IMG/VR virus record: IMGVR_UViG_3300017716_003587
Coordinates: 1 to 57,279 of that record
Length of the DNA: 57,279 bases
From: a virus
Lineage: Duplodnaviria; Caudoviricetes
Strand: one strand, 5' to 3'
The position numbers were made by a program, and so were the translations under genes. The notes below the pieces were generated by a model. It did not search any database, had not been told where the DNA came from, and was given only the letters and a program-made list of their open reading frames with translations. Shown here piece by piece: positions 36,438 to 44,978 of the stretch; the first letter of the stretch is position 1, and every line of letters starts with the position of its first letter.

Positions 36438-37160
36438 TCAGCTGCCGGCGGGCAGATCCACGTAGCCGTCGGCGACGGCGGCGAGGATCGCGTCGTACTC
36501 GGCCTGGGTGTAGCCGACCTCGACGTACGCGCTGTTCGGGATGTACGTCGAGCCCGGGTAGTCGTTCCACGGGCCGTTGTACAGGTTGGGGTTGTTGGTC
36601 GCCTTGCCGGTGAAGGTGAGCAGCTTCACCTCGTTGGCGAAGTTCGAGGCGCCGCGCTGCAGCTTGACCTTGCCGAAGATGTGGCCGACGGCGACAGGGG
36701 TCGAGCCGTCGGAGGCGACACAGGAACCGGACCCGGCATAGATCGCCGAGGTGATGACCTCGAGGTACACGCCGTTGCGCTGGCCGGCCGAGTAGAGACG
36801 CTCGGCGAAACCGATCGTCTTGCCGGCGAAGCTGCCGCCGGCCTTGCCGAGGACGGCGGTGCCGCCGAACAGCATCACCATCGCCTCGTAGTCGTGGAAG
36901 CCGAACTCGCCCGACAGGTTGTAGCGCTTGGTGACGTCGTCCTGTTCGTAGGTGAACATGATGTCGCCGCACGCGTTCTTCGGCTCGAAGACGGTGCCTT
37001 CCTCGATGTCCGGATCGGCGTTGAGGGTGACGAGCGCGGCGGTCACGATGCCGCCGTTGACGCCACCGATGGGGGTGCAGTCGGTATCGAGCGCAGCGGC
37101 ACGCACGACGCATGCATTCAGCTGGCCAATGGCGACGCCGCCAGCAAGGTTCGTTGCCAT
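36438..37160 (-). CDS. Major tail (tube) protein
   Basis: 240 aa; IEEGTVFEPKNACG, YNGPWNDYP motifs; GAAAGGA RBS; position. Confidence 0.8.
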   Translation of the reverse strand: MATNLAGGVAIGQLNACVVRAAALDTDCTPIGGVNGGIVTAALVTLNADPDIEEGTVFEPKNACGDIMFTYEQDDVTKRYNLSGEFGFHDYEAMVMLFGGTAVLGKAGGSFAGKTIGFAERLYSAGQRNGVYLEVITSAIYAGSGSCVASDGSTPVAVGHIFGKVKLQRGASNFANEVKLLTFTGKATNNPNLYNGPWNDYPGSTYIPNSAYVEVGYTQAEYDAILAAVADGYVDLPAGS

Positions 37161-37233
37161 GAGGTCGGTCCTTTCGAGGGTGAAACCTGGATTGGACAGA
37201 TCTTCGCGACCGTCGTCGCGCTATGTCTACCGA

Positions 37234-37310
37234 TGGTGGCGGGGGGGAGATTCGAACTCCCGACCTGCGCCTGTTGAGAGCGCCGTGCTACCTGGCTGCA
37301 CCACCCCGCG
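37234..37310 (-). tRNA. Atypical tRNA, anticodon CAA, initiator-Met-like body, encoded CCA
   Basis: 77-nt cloverleaf: CGCGGGG TG GTGC AGCCAGGTA GCAC G GCGCT CTCAACA GGCGC AGGTC GGGAG TTCGAAT CTCCC CCCCGCC A CCA. Confidence 0.85.
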
Positions 37311-37317
37311 TCGTTGG

Positions 37318-37572
37318 CTACATCGTGACCGGTCCGGACCGGACGAGGAGGCCGAGTTCGTAAGACTTCGCCGGGTTCGCATGGACCCAGGTGTGGCAGT
37401 CGAGACAGAGGTGCGCGCAGTTCTCGGTGGTGCCACGCCCGCCGTGGGATCGCATCAGCCGATGGTGGAAGTGGGTGGCGCGACGGGCGCAGCCTTCCCG
37501 CTCGCACCTGCCGCCCGACCGTTTGCGCACCTCGGCCTTCACGGCCGACGAGAAGTCGGTGGAACGCTTCAC
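37318..37572 (-). CDS. HNH endonuclease
   Basis: CEREGC...HHRLMRSHGG...ENCAHLCLDCHTWVH. Confidence 0.85.
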   Translation of the reverse strand: MKRSTDFSSAVKAEVRKRSGGRCEREGCARRATHFHHRLMRSHGGRGTTENCAHLCLDCHTWVHANPAKSYELGLLVRSGPVTM

Positions 37573-38330
37573 GAACCGGCGGGGCCTTCGACCTCGACGA
37601 GCTGCCAGCCGTGGGTGAGCTCCGGGGTCCACACGCCGGATTGTGCGGCGCCGCCGTAGCCGTAGACGGAGAACCAGCGGGACAGGCGGGGAAGGCCGAC
37701 GTCGGCGCCGCCCGCTTCGAGCTGGTCGCGCAGCACGACGGTGGCGCCCTGGATGTTGGCCTGGGTGACGCCGGGGGCGATCGCCGCGGCCTGGTTGGTG
37801 CCGGCGGCGATCAGTTCGCAGATCAGCTCGAGCGCGGCCTGCTTCGTGATCAGGTCGATCGGGAAGCCGAACATCATGGTGATCTCGAAGACGCCGTCGG
37901 CGTTGGGGAGGAGTCGCAGGTTCGAGTTCGACGGCCACGACCCTTCACGGCGGAACAGGAACTCGTTGTCGATCAGCCCGTACTCGGATGGGTTGAGCTC
38001 GACGCCGTCGATGACGACGGAGATCACCTGGGGGCGGGGGCCGCGCAGTGGGATGACGTCCATGCCCCCGAAGCGAGCGTCGGGGTGGAGGCCGTACCCG
38101 TCTTCGAAGACGGACCCGAAGCAGTTGTTCCAGGTGCTGACGGGTCGCACGGTGACGGTGCAGCGTCCGTGGACTCGACCGTCGGAGAGCAGGGTGAGGA
38201 GGTCGGAGGCGGCGTCGATGGCGTAGCCGATGAGGGCCTCGTCGTCGTTCAGGTCGATCGCGCACTTGCAGCCGTCGGCGATCACTTCGGCGGGCGTGAC
38301 GAACGCCTCGCATGCGAACTGCAGGGTCAT
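37569..38330 (-). CDS. Head-to-tail adaptor
   Basis: AASDLLTLLS...CTVTVRP...VISVVIDG...AALELICEL pattern typical of actinophage adaptors. Confidence 0.75.
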   Translation of the reverse strand: MTLQFACEAFVTPAEVIADGCKCAIDLNDDEALIGYAIDAASDLLTLLSDGRVHGRCTVTVRPVSTWNNCFGSVFEDGYGLHPDARFGGMDVIPLRGPRPQVISVVIDGVELNPSEYGLIDNEFLFRREGSWPSNSNLRLLPNADGVFEITMMFGFPIDLITKQAALELICELIAAGTNQAAAIAPGVTQANIQGATVVLRDQLEAGGADVGLPRLSRWFSVYGYGGAAQSGVWTPELTHGWQLVEVEGPAGS

Positions 38331-38334
38331 GACG

Positions 38335-39291
38335 TCAAGAGTACCGCGAGTCGACCAGCTCAGTGATCCACTCGGCGGCGCGGTCGGCGGCCATCCCCAT
38401 CTGCGACCAGGGCGCGTACACGTCGGCCATCTGCGACTCGCGGAACTCGTCCTCGATGTCGAGCATGTCGTCGAGCTCCAACTTCAGCATCGACTCGACG
38501 TCGACGGAGTACCCGGGGATGTGGGACCAGAACCGGAGGCCGTGTTCGATGTGGCGCCGATACCAGGGGGCGTTCATCCAGATCGTGTGGCGGCCGAGGA
38601 GCGCGAACTCGTAGCCGATCGAGCTGTTGTCGACGACGAGCACTTCGCAATGCTGGAACACGTCGGCATCGGTCTCGAGGACGCACAGCCCGGCCTCGGT
38701 CATCGCCCGGTCGATGCTGCCACCCCAGCGCGGGTGGGAGTGGCCGAACACGGTCCAGCCTTGCTGCTCCCAGGCTTCGACGATCGACGGGAGGTAGTCG
38801 CGGTAGTGCTCCCATGCCCCACGCATCTCGGGGGAGAGGGTGAGGCGCTCGCCAGCGTCCCAGTGCCAGGCGAAGCAGACGGAACGGGGGACGTCGGGCT
38901 GGACGCCGATCCAGCGGTCCATCTTCGGGCAGCCGGCGGCGACGGCCGGGGCGGGGGCCCAGCGCTCGGCGACGGTGTCGGACGGGCAGATGTAGCCGAT
39001 CACGCCAGAGTGCCTGGATCCGCCGCCTGAGTAACCGGGCAGGGTCGCTGTCTTGGTGTCGCCGAGGTAGGCCTGGCCTGCTCCGTGTTCGACGTAGATC
39101 ATCTGGTTCATGTTCCGCAGGTGCTGGACGTCGACCCATCCGGCGACCATCGCGATGCGGCCGCGGTACGGGCGGTAGCAGGGCGATTCGACCGGGTGGA
39201 CGGTGCCTTGGAGGCGGGCGGGGAGCGCCGCGAAGATGGGCTCCATGTGGTCGAGGTAGTGCGGCTGCGATGCCGTCACGTCGATCTTCAC
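38335..39291 (-). CDS. GT-B fold TagB/TagF-like CDP-glycerol glycerophosphotransferase-like protein
   Basis: EHG, GCPKMD, HSHP, LVVDNSSIGYEFALLGRHTI. Confidence 0.65.
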   Translation of the reverse strand: MKIDVTASQPHYLDHMEPIFAALPARLQGTVHPVESPCYRPYRGRIAMVAGWVDVQHLRNMNQMIYVEHGAGQAYLGDTKTATLPGYSGGGSRHSGVIGYICPSDTVAERWAPAPAVAAGCPKMDRWIGVQPDVPRSVCFAWHWDAGERLTLSPEMRGAWEHYRDYLPSIVEAWEQQGWTVFGHSHPRWGGSIDRAMTEAGLCVLETDADVFQHCEVLVVDNSSIGYEFALLGRHTIWMNAPWYRRHIEHGLRFWSHIPGYSVDVESMLKLELDDMLDIEDEFRESQMADVYAPWSQMGMAADRAAEWITELVDSRYS

Positions 39292-40319
39292 CAGTGGCTC
39301 CGTTCGAGGTTCGTTAGGTAGGTGTCGCGCCACTTCGACCAGCGAGGCACCGTGGCCTCCGAGCGCTGCTGGAAGCTGTCGAGTGCTCGGCGGTTGCCGG
39401 CGAGGGTGTCGAGGGTCTCGCCGAGGTCGACGTAGTTCGTCGCTGCCTCCTTCACCGGCCCGCACGCCAGGTTCAGTAGGCGGCCGGCCTCTCGCCGGAC
39501 AGGGGTCAGGACGGAAGCGAGTTCGGAGTTGGGAGACGCGTCCGGCATGACGACGGCGAGGCCGCGAGCGGCAGCTTCGAGCGCCGGGAGGCAGAGGCCG
39601 CCGTACTTGCGAGGCAGCACGAGGACGTGCTGGTTCTCGTACATCGACCAGCGGTCGTCGACGACGTTCGGCTGCTTGATGATCTTGATGTTCCGCTGCC
39701 GCATCGGGTCGGGGATGTCGCCGGCGATGGTGTGGATCGTCACTTCGATCGGGTTGCGGGTGCGGCTCAGCGATCGCATGAACACGTCAGTGCCGTTGCG
39801 GTCGAAGGCTGCCCGTTTGCCGATGACGTGCAGGACGCGGAGGGGTCCGTCTTCGGGGTGAGCGGCGGTGCGGGCGACGTCGGGCATCGGGACCGGCATG
39901 ACGGTGCCGGCGGGAAGGTGGTCGAGCCGCCACGAGGTGGGCCACCACCAGATCGGCACGCCGTAGTGCTCGTAGCCGCGCTGGTCATGACGGTAGAACT
40001 CGGGGTTGCCCTGAACAATGAGCCGCACGTCCATCTCCCGGGCCCAGTGCGGCATCCGCCAGTCGTAGGGCGTCTCGACGGTGAAGACGACGTCGAGCCC
40101 ATCGAGCCATTCACGCACGGTCGCTTCGTCGAGGGTGTGGTCTTTCGGTTCGTAGGCGATGTGGGTCGGGTTCGGGCACCACGAGTCGTCGACCGCGCAG
40201 TCCGGTCGGGGCATGTCGATGACGAGGGTCCGCTCGACGGGCATGTGCTCGACGAAGTTGCGGGTCTGGATGGCGAGACCGCGAGCGATCTCGGTGCGGG
40301 CGATCACCCCGAGCCTCAT
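39288..40319 (-). CDS. Glycosyltransferase (GT4-like, GT-B)
   Basis: YENQHVLVLPRKYGGLCLPALEAAARGLAVVMPDASPNSE. Confidence 0.8.
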   Translation of the reverse strand: MRLGVIARTEIARGLAIQTRNFVEHMPVERTLVIDMPRPDCAVDDSWCPNPTHIAYEPKDHTLDEATVREWLDGLDVVFTVETPYDWRMPHWAREMDVRLIVQGNPEFYRHDQRGYEHYGVPIWWWPTSWRLDHLPAGTVMPVPMPDVARTAAHPEDGPLRVLHVIGKRAAFDRNGTDVFMRSLSRTRNPIEVTIHTIAGDIPDPMRQRNIKIIKQPNVVDDRWSMYENQHVLVLPRKYGGLCLPALEAAARGLAVVMPDASPNSELASVLTPVRREAGRLLNLACGPVKEAATNYVDLGETLDTLAGNRRALDSFQQRSEATVPRWSKWRDTYLTNLERSHW

Positions 40320-41953
40320 CAGAACACCTGGCTTTCATCGAACTTGGGCTCGCCCTGGCGGCCGTCGAGGTGATAGCTGCGCTTGATGTTGCCGCTGTCG
40401 GGATGGAAGATCGCGAGCCGATGCTGGCGGGGGTGCGCCTGGGCGACGGAGTGCATCCGATCCTCGATGAAGCAGGTTGCGTCGACGGAGAACTCGCGCC
40501 GCAGGATGTGGCGGTAGTAGTCGGCCGACGCAAGGTGAGGGCGCTGCGACCACTGGTGGGTGCGGCGTAGCGGCACACTCATCATCTCGATCGTGTCGTG
40601 GTCGACCATCAGGTGTTCGTGTTCGGGGTGAACCGCGGCCTCGTGATGGAACCGCAGCACGTCGACGGCGCCCTGAGAGACGAGCGCCTCGCATTCGGCC
40701 CACGGGATCGGCTCATCGACGACGAGCGGCGTGTCGTGTTCCATGAACAGCACGTTCGGGGTGGTCACCTCGAGGTTGAGTACCGAACGGGTGAGGCGGG
40801 CCTGGTGGACGTGGGTGTCGGACTGGATGACGTAGGCGTTGCCGACCTGCTTCTGCAGGATCCAGTGGAGGCGGCGCAGGTACTCGAGGTAGCCGTCGCG
40901 CAGGTGGCGCTGCTCGGCCCTGATTCCGTCGGCCATGACGAGCACCGGGGTGCCTTCGCCGACCACTTCGAGGGCGGAGTAGATGACCGACATGATCTGG
41001 TCGGTGGACGGATGCAGGATCGACGGCGAGGTCGACACGAGGATCGTGGTCTCCGGGCTGGCCGTGGCGGGGATGCCGATGCGGGTCCGGTCGGCGTTGA
41101 GGCGGCGGGCCATGCCGCGCTTGTAGGCGCCGTACCAGCATTGCCACTGGTTCGACCACCAGACGCGGTCGGAGAGGAGACCTTCGATGGTGCCGCCGAC
41201 GCCGTCCCAGTCGGAGACGAACGTGGCGGGCCCCGATCCGAAGGCGTGATGCCAGTACGGGTCGACTTCGATGATCGGGATCGCGCCGGCTTCGAGGGTC
41301 TCGAAGAACCGGAACGTGTCCTGTGTGGCGGGACCGCCGGGGCAGGGGACGACCCACGAGTCGACGAGTTCGGCGAGGTACTCCTCGCGCGGCATGCCCT
41401 GCGTGAAGCCGGTGGTTTGCGTGAGCCGACCGGGGACGCGTGCTCGTGCCCGCCTCAGCCCGTTTGCGGCACGTTTGCGACGCTCGTTGGTGATCTGCCC
41501 AGCGAAGGACCAGAGCGTCCCCTTCGTCGGCGGTTCGGCCGGCATCAACGACGGGGTGTCGGCCTTCCATCCGTCGCCGAAGAAGTAGGCCCACGGCATG
41601 TCGCCGTGGACCTTCACGTCGGGCAGCATCACCCACAGCGCCAGGTTGTCGTGGCGCACCTGCTTCCACGGGAAGATGTGCTCCTCATCGCCGACGAGGA
41701 TGAGCAGCACGCCGGCCAGCTTGGCGAGTTCGGCGTTCAGCCGCTCGATGTCGTGCTCGGATGCGTGGTGGCGGGCCGGCAGGACGACGATGGCCCGCTC
41801 GACCCCTTCCGGGACGTGGTCGGTCTCCTGGTAGGCGTAGCTGTGGCCGGTATCCCACAGCTTGTTGCCGAACAGGTGGTCGAGCATCCCGGTGTCCCAC
41901 GGGCCGAGCGCCTGGATGTGCGGGTGGAAGCTGAGCCAGAGGACCCGCACCAT
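40319..41953 (-). CDS. Two-domain glycosyltransferase: exostosin/GT47-like plus GT-A-like
   Basis: WSFAGQ...PCPGG...DTFRFFETLEAGAIPII; then TILVSTSP...MADG...VTTPNVLFMEHD. Confidence 0.75.
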   Translation of the reverse strand: MVRVLWLSFHPHIQALGPWDTGMLDHLFGNKLWDTGHSYAYQETDHVPEGVERAIVVLPARHHASEHDIERLNAELAKLAGVLLILVGDEEHIFPWKQVRHDNLALWVMLPDVKVHGDMPWAYFFGDGWKADTPSLMPAEPPTKGTLWSFAGQITNERRKRAANGLRRARARVPGRLTQTTGFTQGMPREEYLAELVDSWVVPCPGGPATQDTFRFFETLEAGAIPIIEVDPYWHHAFGSGPATFVSDWDGVGGTIEGLLSDRVWWSNQWQCWYGAYKRGMARRLNADRTRIGIPATASPETTILVSTSPSILHPSTDQIMSVIYSALEVVGEGTPVLVMADGIRAEQRHLRDGYLEYLRRLHWILQKQVGNAYVIQSDTHVHQARLTRSVLNLEVTTPNVLFMEHDTPLVVDEPIPWAECEALVSQGAVDVLRFHHEAAVHPEHEHLMVDHDTIEMMSVPLRRTHQWSQRPHLASADYYRHILRREFSVDATCFIEDRMHSVAQAHPRQHRLAIFHPDSGNIKRSYHLDGRQGEPKFDESQVF

Positions 41954-42702
41954 CAGAACAGCGCCCGCTCGAAGTGCCAGTGCTCCTCGTGGTCGGTGCC
42001 GAGATGGGTCGCCATCCAGCCGGCGTCCGACATGAACTGACGCAGCTCGGTGTCGGTGTGGCCGAAGTTCTCCATCAGGTCCGGGTGGACCGACACCCAC
42101 ACGTTGCGGAGCCGCTCCAGCGGGTCGGTGAGCAGACCGATGGCGCCGCGCAGCACCATGAGCTCGGCGCCTTCGACGTCGATGTTCAGCGCGTGGGGCG
42201 CGTAGCCAGTGATATCGGCGAAGTCGTCGAGGGTGATCGAGTGGATGTCGCCCGGGTGTTCGAGCGAGCGGTAGGCCATGCCCCCGAGTTCGGGTGCGTC
42301 GATGTCGGCGCAGGCTGGCCAGTGGTCGAACGCGTCGGCGTTGATCAACCCTGGCATCGTGTCGCTGTGGTCGGCGACGAAGCCCTGGAAGCAGGCGAGC
42401 GGCGGGTCGATGTTGTTGTGGACCCAGGTGCGGCGGATGTTGCCCCAGAACTCAGGTGAGGGCTCGAACAGCACCATCGCCTCCGGGTTGACGAACTCGC
42501 GTGCGATGATCGCCGAGATCCAGCCGTGCTCGGCGCCGACGTCGAAGAAGCAGTCGTTCCAGTGGAGGTGCTTGCGGAACGACTCGAACCGCTCGTACTC
42601 CCAGCCGCGCTGGGCGACCGGGTCGCCGGTGATCGCATCCCACTCGGCGATCGAGTTGGGCAGCCAGATCTGCCACCGGCCGTTGACGATTGCCTTCTTC
42701 AT
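41953..42702 (-). CDS. FkbM-family methyltransferase
   Basis: FFDVGAEHG, LFEP, ITLDDF, NIDVEGAELMVLRGA. Confidence 0.85.
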   Translation of the reverse strand: MKKAIVNGRWQIWLPNSIAEWDAITGDPVAQRGWEYERFESFRKHLHWNDCFFDVGAEHGWISAIIAREFVNPEAMVLFEPSPEFWGNIRRTWVHNNIDPPLACFQGFVADHSDTMPGLINADAFDHWPACADIDAPELGGMAYRSLEHPGDIHSITLDDFADITGYAPHALNIDVEGAELMVLRGAIGLLTDPLERLRNVWVSVHPDLMENFGHTDTELRQFMSDAGWMATHLGTDHEEHWHFERALF

Positions 42703-42971
42703 CCCTCACTCGCTTCCCACATGTCGACGATCTCCTGTTCGATGGCGAATTGGTCGCGCAGCATTTCGATCCCGGCCTCCAGGGTCCGGGCCCGGAACGC
42801 CACGGTTGGATCGGCTGGCAGCTGCAGGTCGTTGATGCGCCAGCGGCCCTCGCACCAGAACGACTCGTTGGGGCCACTGACGATGTGCGTGATCTGGCTC
42901 ACGAACGTCATGCGGATCGCCAGGTTGCCGATGGCAATCTCCTCGGTGAAGACGACCTCGTTGTCGCTCAC
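42699..42971 (-). CDS. Hypothetical protein within GT cassette
   Basis: GAAAGGGA RBS; overlaps both neighbours. Confidence 0.65.
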   Translation of the reverse strand: MSDNEVVFTEEIAIGNLAIRMTFVSQITHIVSGPNESFWCEGRWRINDLQLPADPTVAFRARTLEAGIEMLRDQFAIEQEIVDMWEASEG

Positions 42972-43984
42972 AGCATGTCCCTTTCGAGGAGGAGGTCGAC
43001 GAGCTGATCCATCCGCACGTCGTAGGTGTGGTGCTGCTGCACGTGGACGCAGCCGGCATCGGCAATCTCGTGGGCCCGGTCGGTGTTCTTCATGAAGAAC
43101 TCGATGTCGGTACCGAGCTGATCCCAGTCGCCAGCGTTCCAACAGCCGAGGTGGTCGCCGATCGCGAAGTGCTGCTCGAGGCCGGGGACCATCGGGTGGA
43201 GCAGGAAGCCGCCGCGACCGAGGGTCTCGGGGATGCGGTCCGACCAGTAGTTGGCGAGGCCGCTGCCGGCGAAGCACGAGTCGCCGACGACGACATCGAC
43301 GGACGCGTACAGGTCGCGTAGTTCCTGGCCTCGGATCGCGTGCTCGCCGAGTCGCGGGTAGAACTCGCAGACGTTGCGAAAGTGCTTCTTCAGGAAGGCG
43401 ACCAACTCGAAGCGGTGCTGGTGCTCGTCGTGGTAGGAGCCCTGCCAGGAGCCGACGAAGGCCAGCTTCGACTGGAAGATGTAGCGACGCTCGCCGACGT
43501 GTGCTTCGCGAGCGGAGACGCCAGGGGGGAACCAGACGTGGTTGACGCCGGCCTCGGCCCACTGTTCATCGTGGCCGCCGTCGGCAGTGATGACGAGGTT
43601 CGCGCGGAAGAAGGGTTCCTCGAGGATCTGGCGTTGACGCTTGAGGCCCCACCAGATGTCGAGGTGGTAGCCGACGACGGGGATGTGGAGGTCGTCGGCG
43701 CGTTGCATCATCTGGATCTCGGCGATGCGATGCGCGCGAACGTCGGGCCAGGGGAACCCGGTGCGGGTCCACAGGATCAGGTCGGGCTTGCCGCCGAGCG
43801 TCGTCCAGTCGTTGGAGGCGAGGGCGTCCCAGGTGGCTTGCGCCGACTCCTGCAGGCCGACGACGAAGTGACCTCGGTCGACGAGCGCGGCACGGATGTG
43901 GTTCTCCGTGGAGTGCGGTGGTTCGAAGTTCCCGATGTAGAGGACTTTCAGGGATGGGCGGGAGGGCTTCTTCTTCGGAGGCAC
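42968..43984 (-). CDS. Glycosyltransferase (YkvP/CgeB, Glyco_trans_1_2-like)
   Basis: LAFVGS...LRDLYAS...YWSDRIPETLGRGGFLL...IADAG...HHTYDVR. Confidence 0.8.
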   Translation of the reverse strand: MPPKKKPSRPSLKVLYIGNFEPPHSTENHIRAALVDRGHFVVGLQESAQATWDALASNDWTTLGGKPDLILWTRTGFPWPDVRAHRIAEIQMMQRADDLHIPVVGYHLDIWWGLKRQRQILEEPFFRANLVITADGGHDEQWAEAGVNHVWFPPGVSAREAHVGERRYIFQSKLAFVGSWQGSYHDEHQHRFELVAFLKKHFRNVCEFYPRLGEHAIRGQELRDLYASVDVVVGDSCFAGSGLANYWSDRIPETLGRGGFLLHPMVPGLEQHFAIGDHLGCWNAGDWDQLGTDIEFFMKNTDRAHEIADAGCVHVQQHHTYDVRMDQLVDLLLERDML

Positions 43985-44033
43985 GGCAGCATCGTACACG
44001 ACCGTCTGATACACGCAAGCTATGATCGCGGCC
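43985..44033. promoter_or_regulatory. Back-to-back leaderless-type promoters (TACGAT on minus, TATGAT on plus)
   Basis: -10 hexamers 6 and 7 nt from starts at 43984 and 44034; TCTGATACACG motif between them. Confidence 0.6.
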
Positions 44034-44297
44034 ATGAGCGACGTGCCCCTCGACCAGCCCGCCCCGATGCAGCCGATGCGCCCCCATCCGCTGCCAATGC
44101 AGTTCTCCGCGCAGCCGACGATGGACGGCAAGATCGTCCTTCAGTTCTTCACGCCGCAGGGTCAGACGATCCTGTTCGTCGACGAAGAAGGCGCCGAGTC
44201 GATCGCCACGTCGATCATGCAGGCCGCGGCCGCAGCGGGGATGCAGGCGGGCGGGTTGATCAAGCCGCCCGCCGCCGGGCTCATCATCCCGAGGTAG
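44034..44297 (+). CDS. Small hypothetical protein, antisense to late operon
   Basis: MSDVPLDQPAPMQP...; good codon bias; own -10. Confidence 0.65.
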   Translation: MSDVPLDQPAPMQPMRPHPLPMQFSAQPTMDGKIVLQFFTPQGQTILFVDEEGAESIATSIMQAAAAAGMQAGGLIKPPAAGLIIPR

Positions 44298-44637
44298 GCG
44301 CCGCCAGCACCGTCAGCGATGGCAAGGCGCCCTCGCGGAACACGCTCTCCCGGTTGGTCGACGTCTCCTTCGCGACGAGGCGCAGACGGAACTTGCCGAC
44401 CTTGTCGGCCAGTTCGCCGACAGCCCACGACACCGCGATGTTCGGCGACGTCGAAGCTCCAACGATGCCCGCTGTCTTCGTGTAGAGGACGCGCTTGGTG
44501 CGGGCCGTGAGGAACTCGACCCGGAACGTGTAGCCGTTCGAGAAGTCTCGGATCTCGCCGCTGCTGTCGCGCCACTCGACCGCCCAGGGCGGATCCTCGC
44601 GGTCGGCGTAGATGGTCATCATGTCGGCTCGCTCCAT
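44284..44637 (-). CDS. Small beta-rich virion protein (BppU N-terminal-like)
   Basis: Beta-strand pattern; structural context. Confidence 0.5.
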   Translation of the reverse strand: MERADMMTIYADREDPPWAVEWRDSSGEIRDFSNGYTFRVEFLTARTKRVLYTKTAGIVGASTSPNIAVSWAVGELADKVGKFRLRLVAKETSTNRESVFREGALPSLTVLAAPTSG

Positions 44638-44978
44638 TCGTCGATCAGCCCACCATTGTCGGCTGGGCAGGACGGTTCAGTCCACCGGTCAGGTCCGGGC
44701 TCGGACCACACCATCACCTGCTGGGTCTCGGCCGTCCCGAGCGTCGCGGGCTCCGACCACCATGCGATCCGGTCGTCGCCGCCCGAGATGCGCTCGAGCT
44801 CCACGCCGACAGGAGCGGAAGGTTCGGCCCACCAGTCGATGCCGGGTTCGGTCCAGACGTCGACAGCGGTCTCGTCGATGACGACGACGGGCGGGGTGAC
44901 GTTGACGGTGATGCCGAGGCCGAACGCGACGATCGCCCCTGCTGCGGGACGACCGAGACCGCGGCCGACGATGGTCAC
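44619..44978 (-). CDS. Hypothetical protein with W-x-E-P repeats
   Basis: WTEP/WAEP/WSEP occurs six times. Confidence 0.65.
   Translation of the reverse strand: MTIVGRGLGRPAAGAIVAFGLGITVNVTPPVVVIDETAVDVWTEPGIDWWAEPSAPVGVELERISGGDDRIAWWSEPATLGTAETQQVMVWSEPGPDRWTEPSCPADNGGLIDEWSEPT

Noticed and set aside
37234-37310. tRNA as a UGA suppressor/Sec tRNA (TCA in loop) or as an att-site remnant
   Set aside because: Stem pairing places CAA, not TCA, at 34-36; no long Sec arm; no integrase or duplicated 3' end seen in the window.
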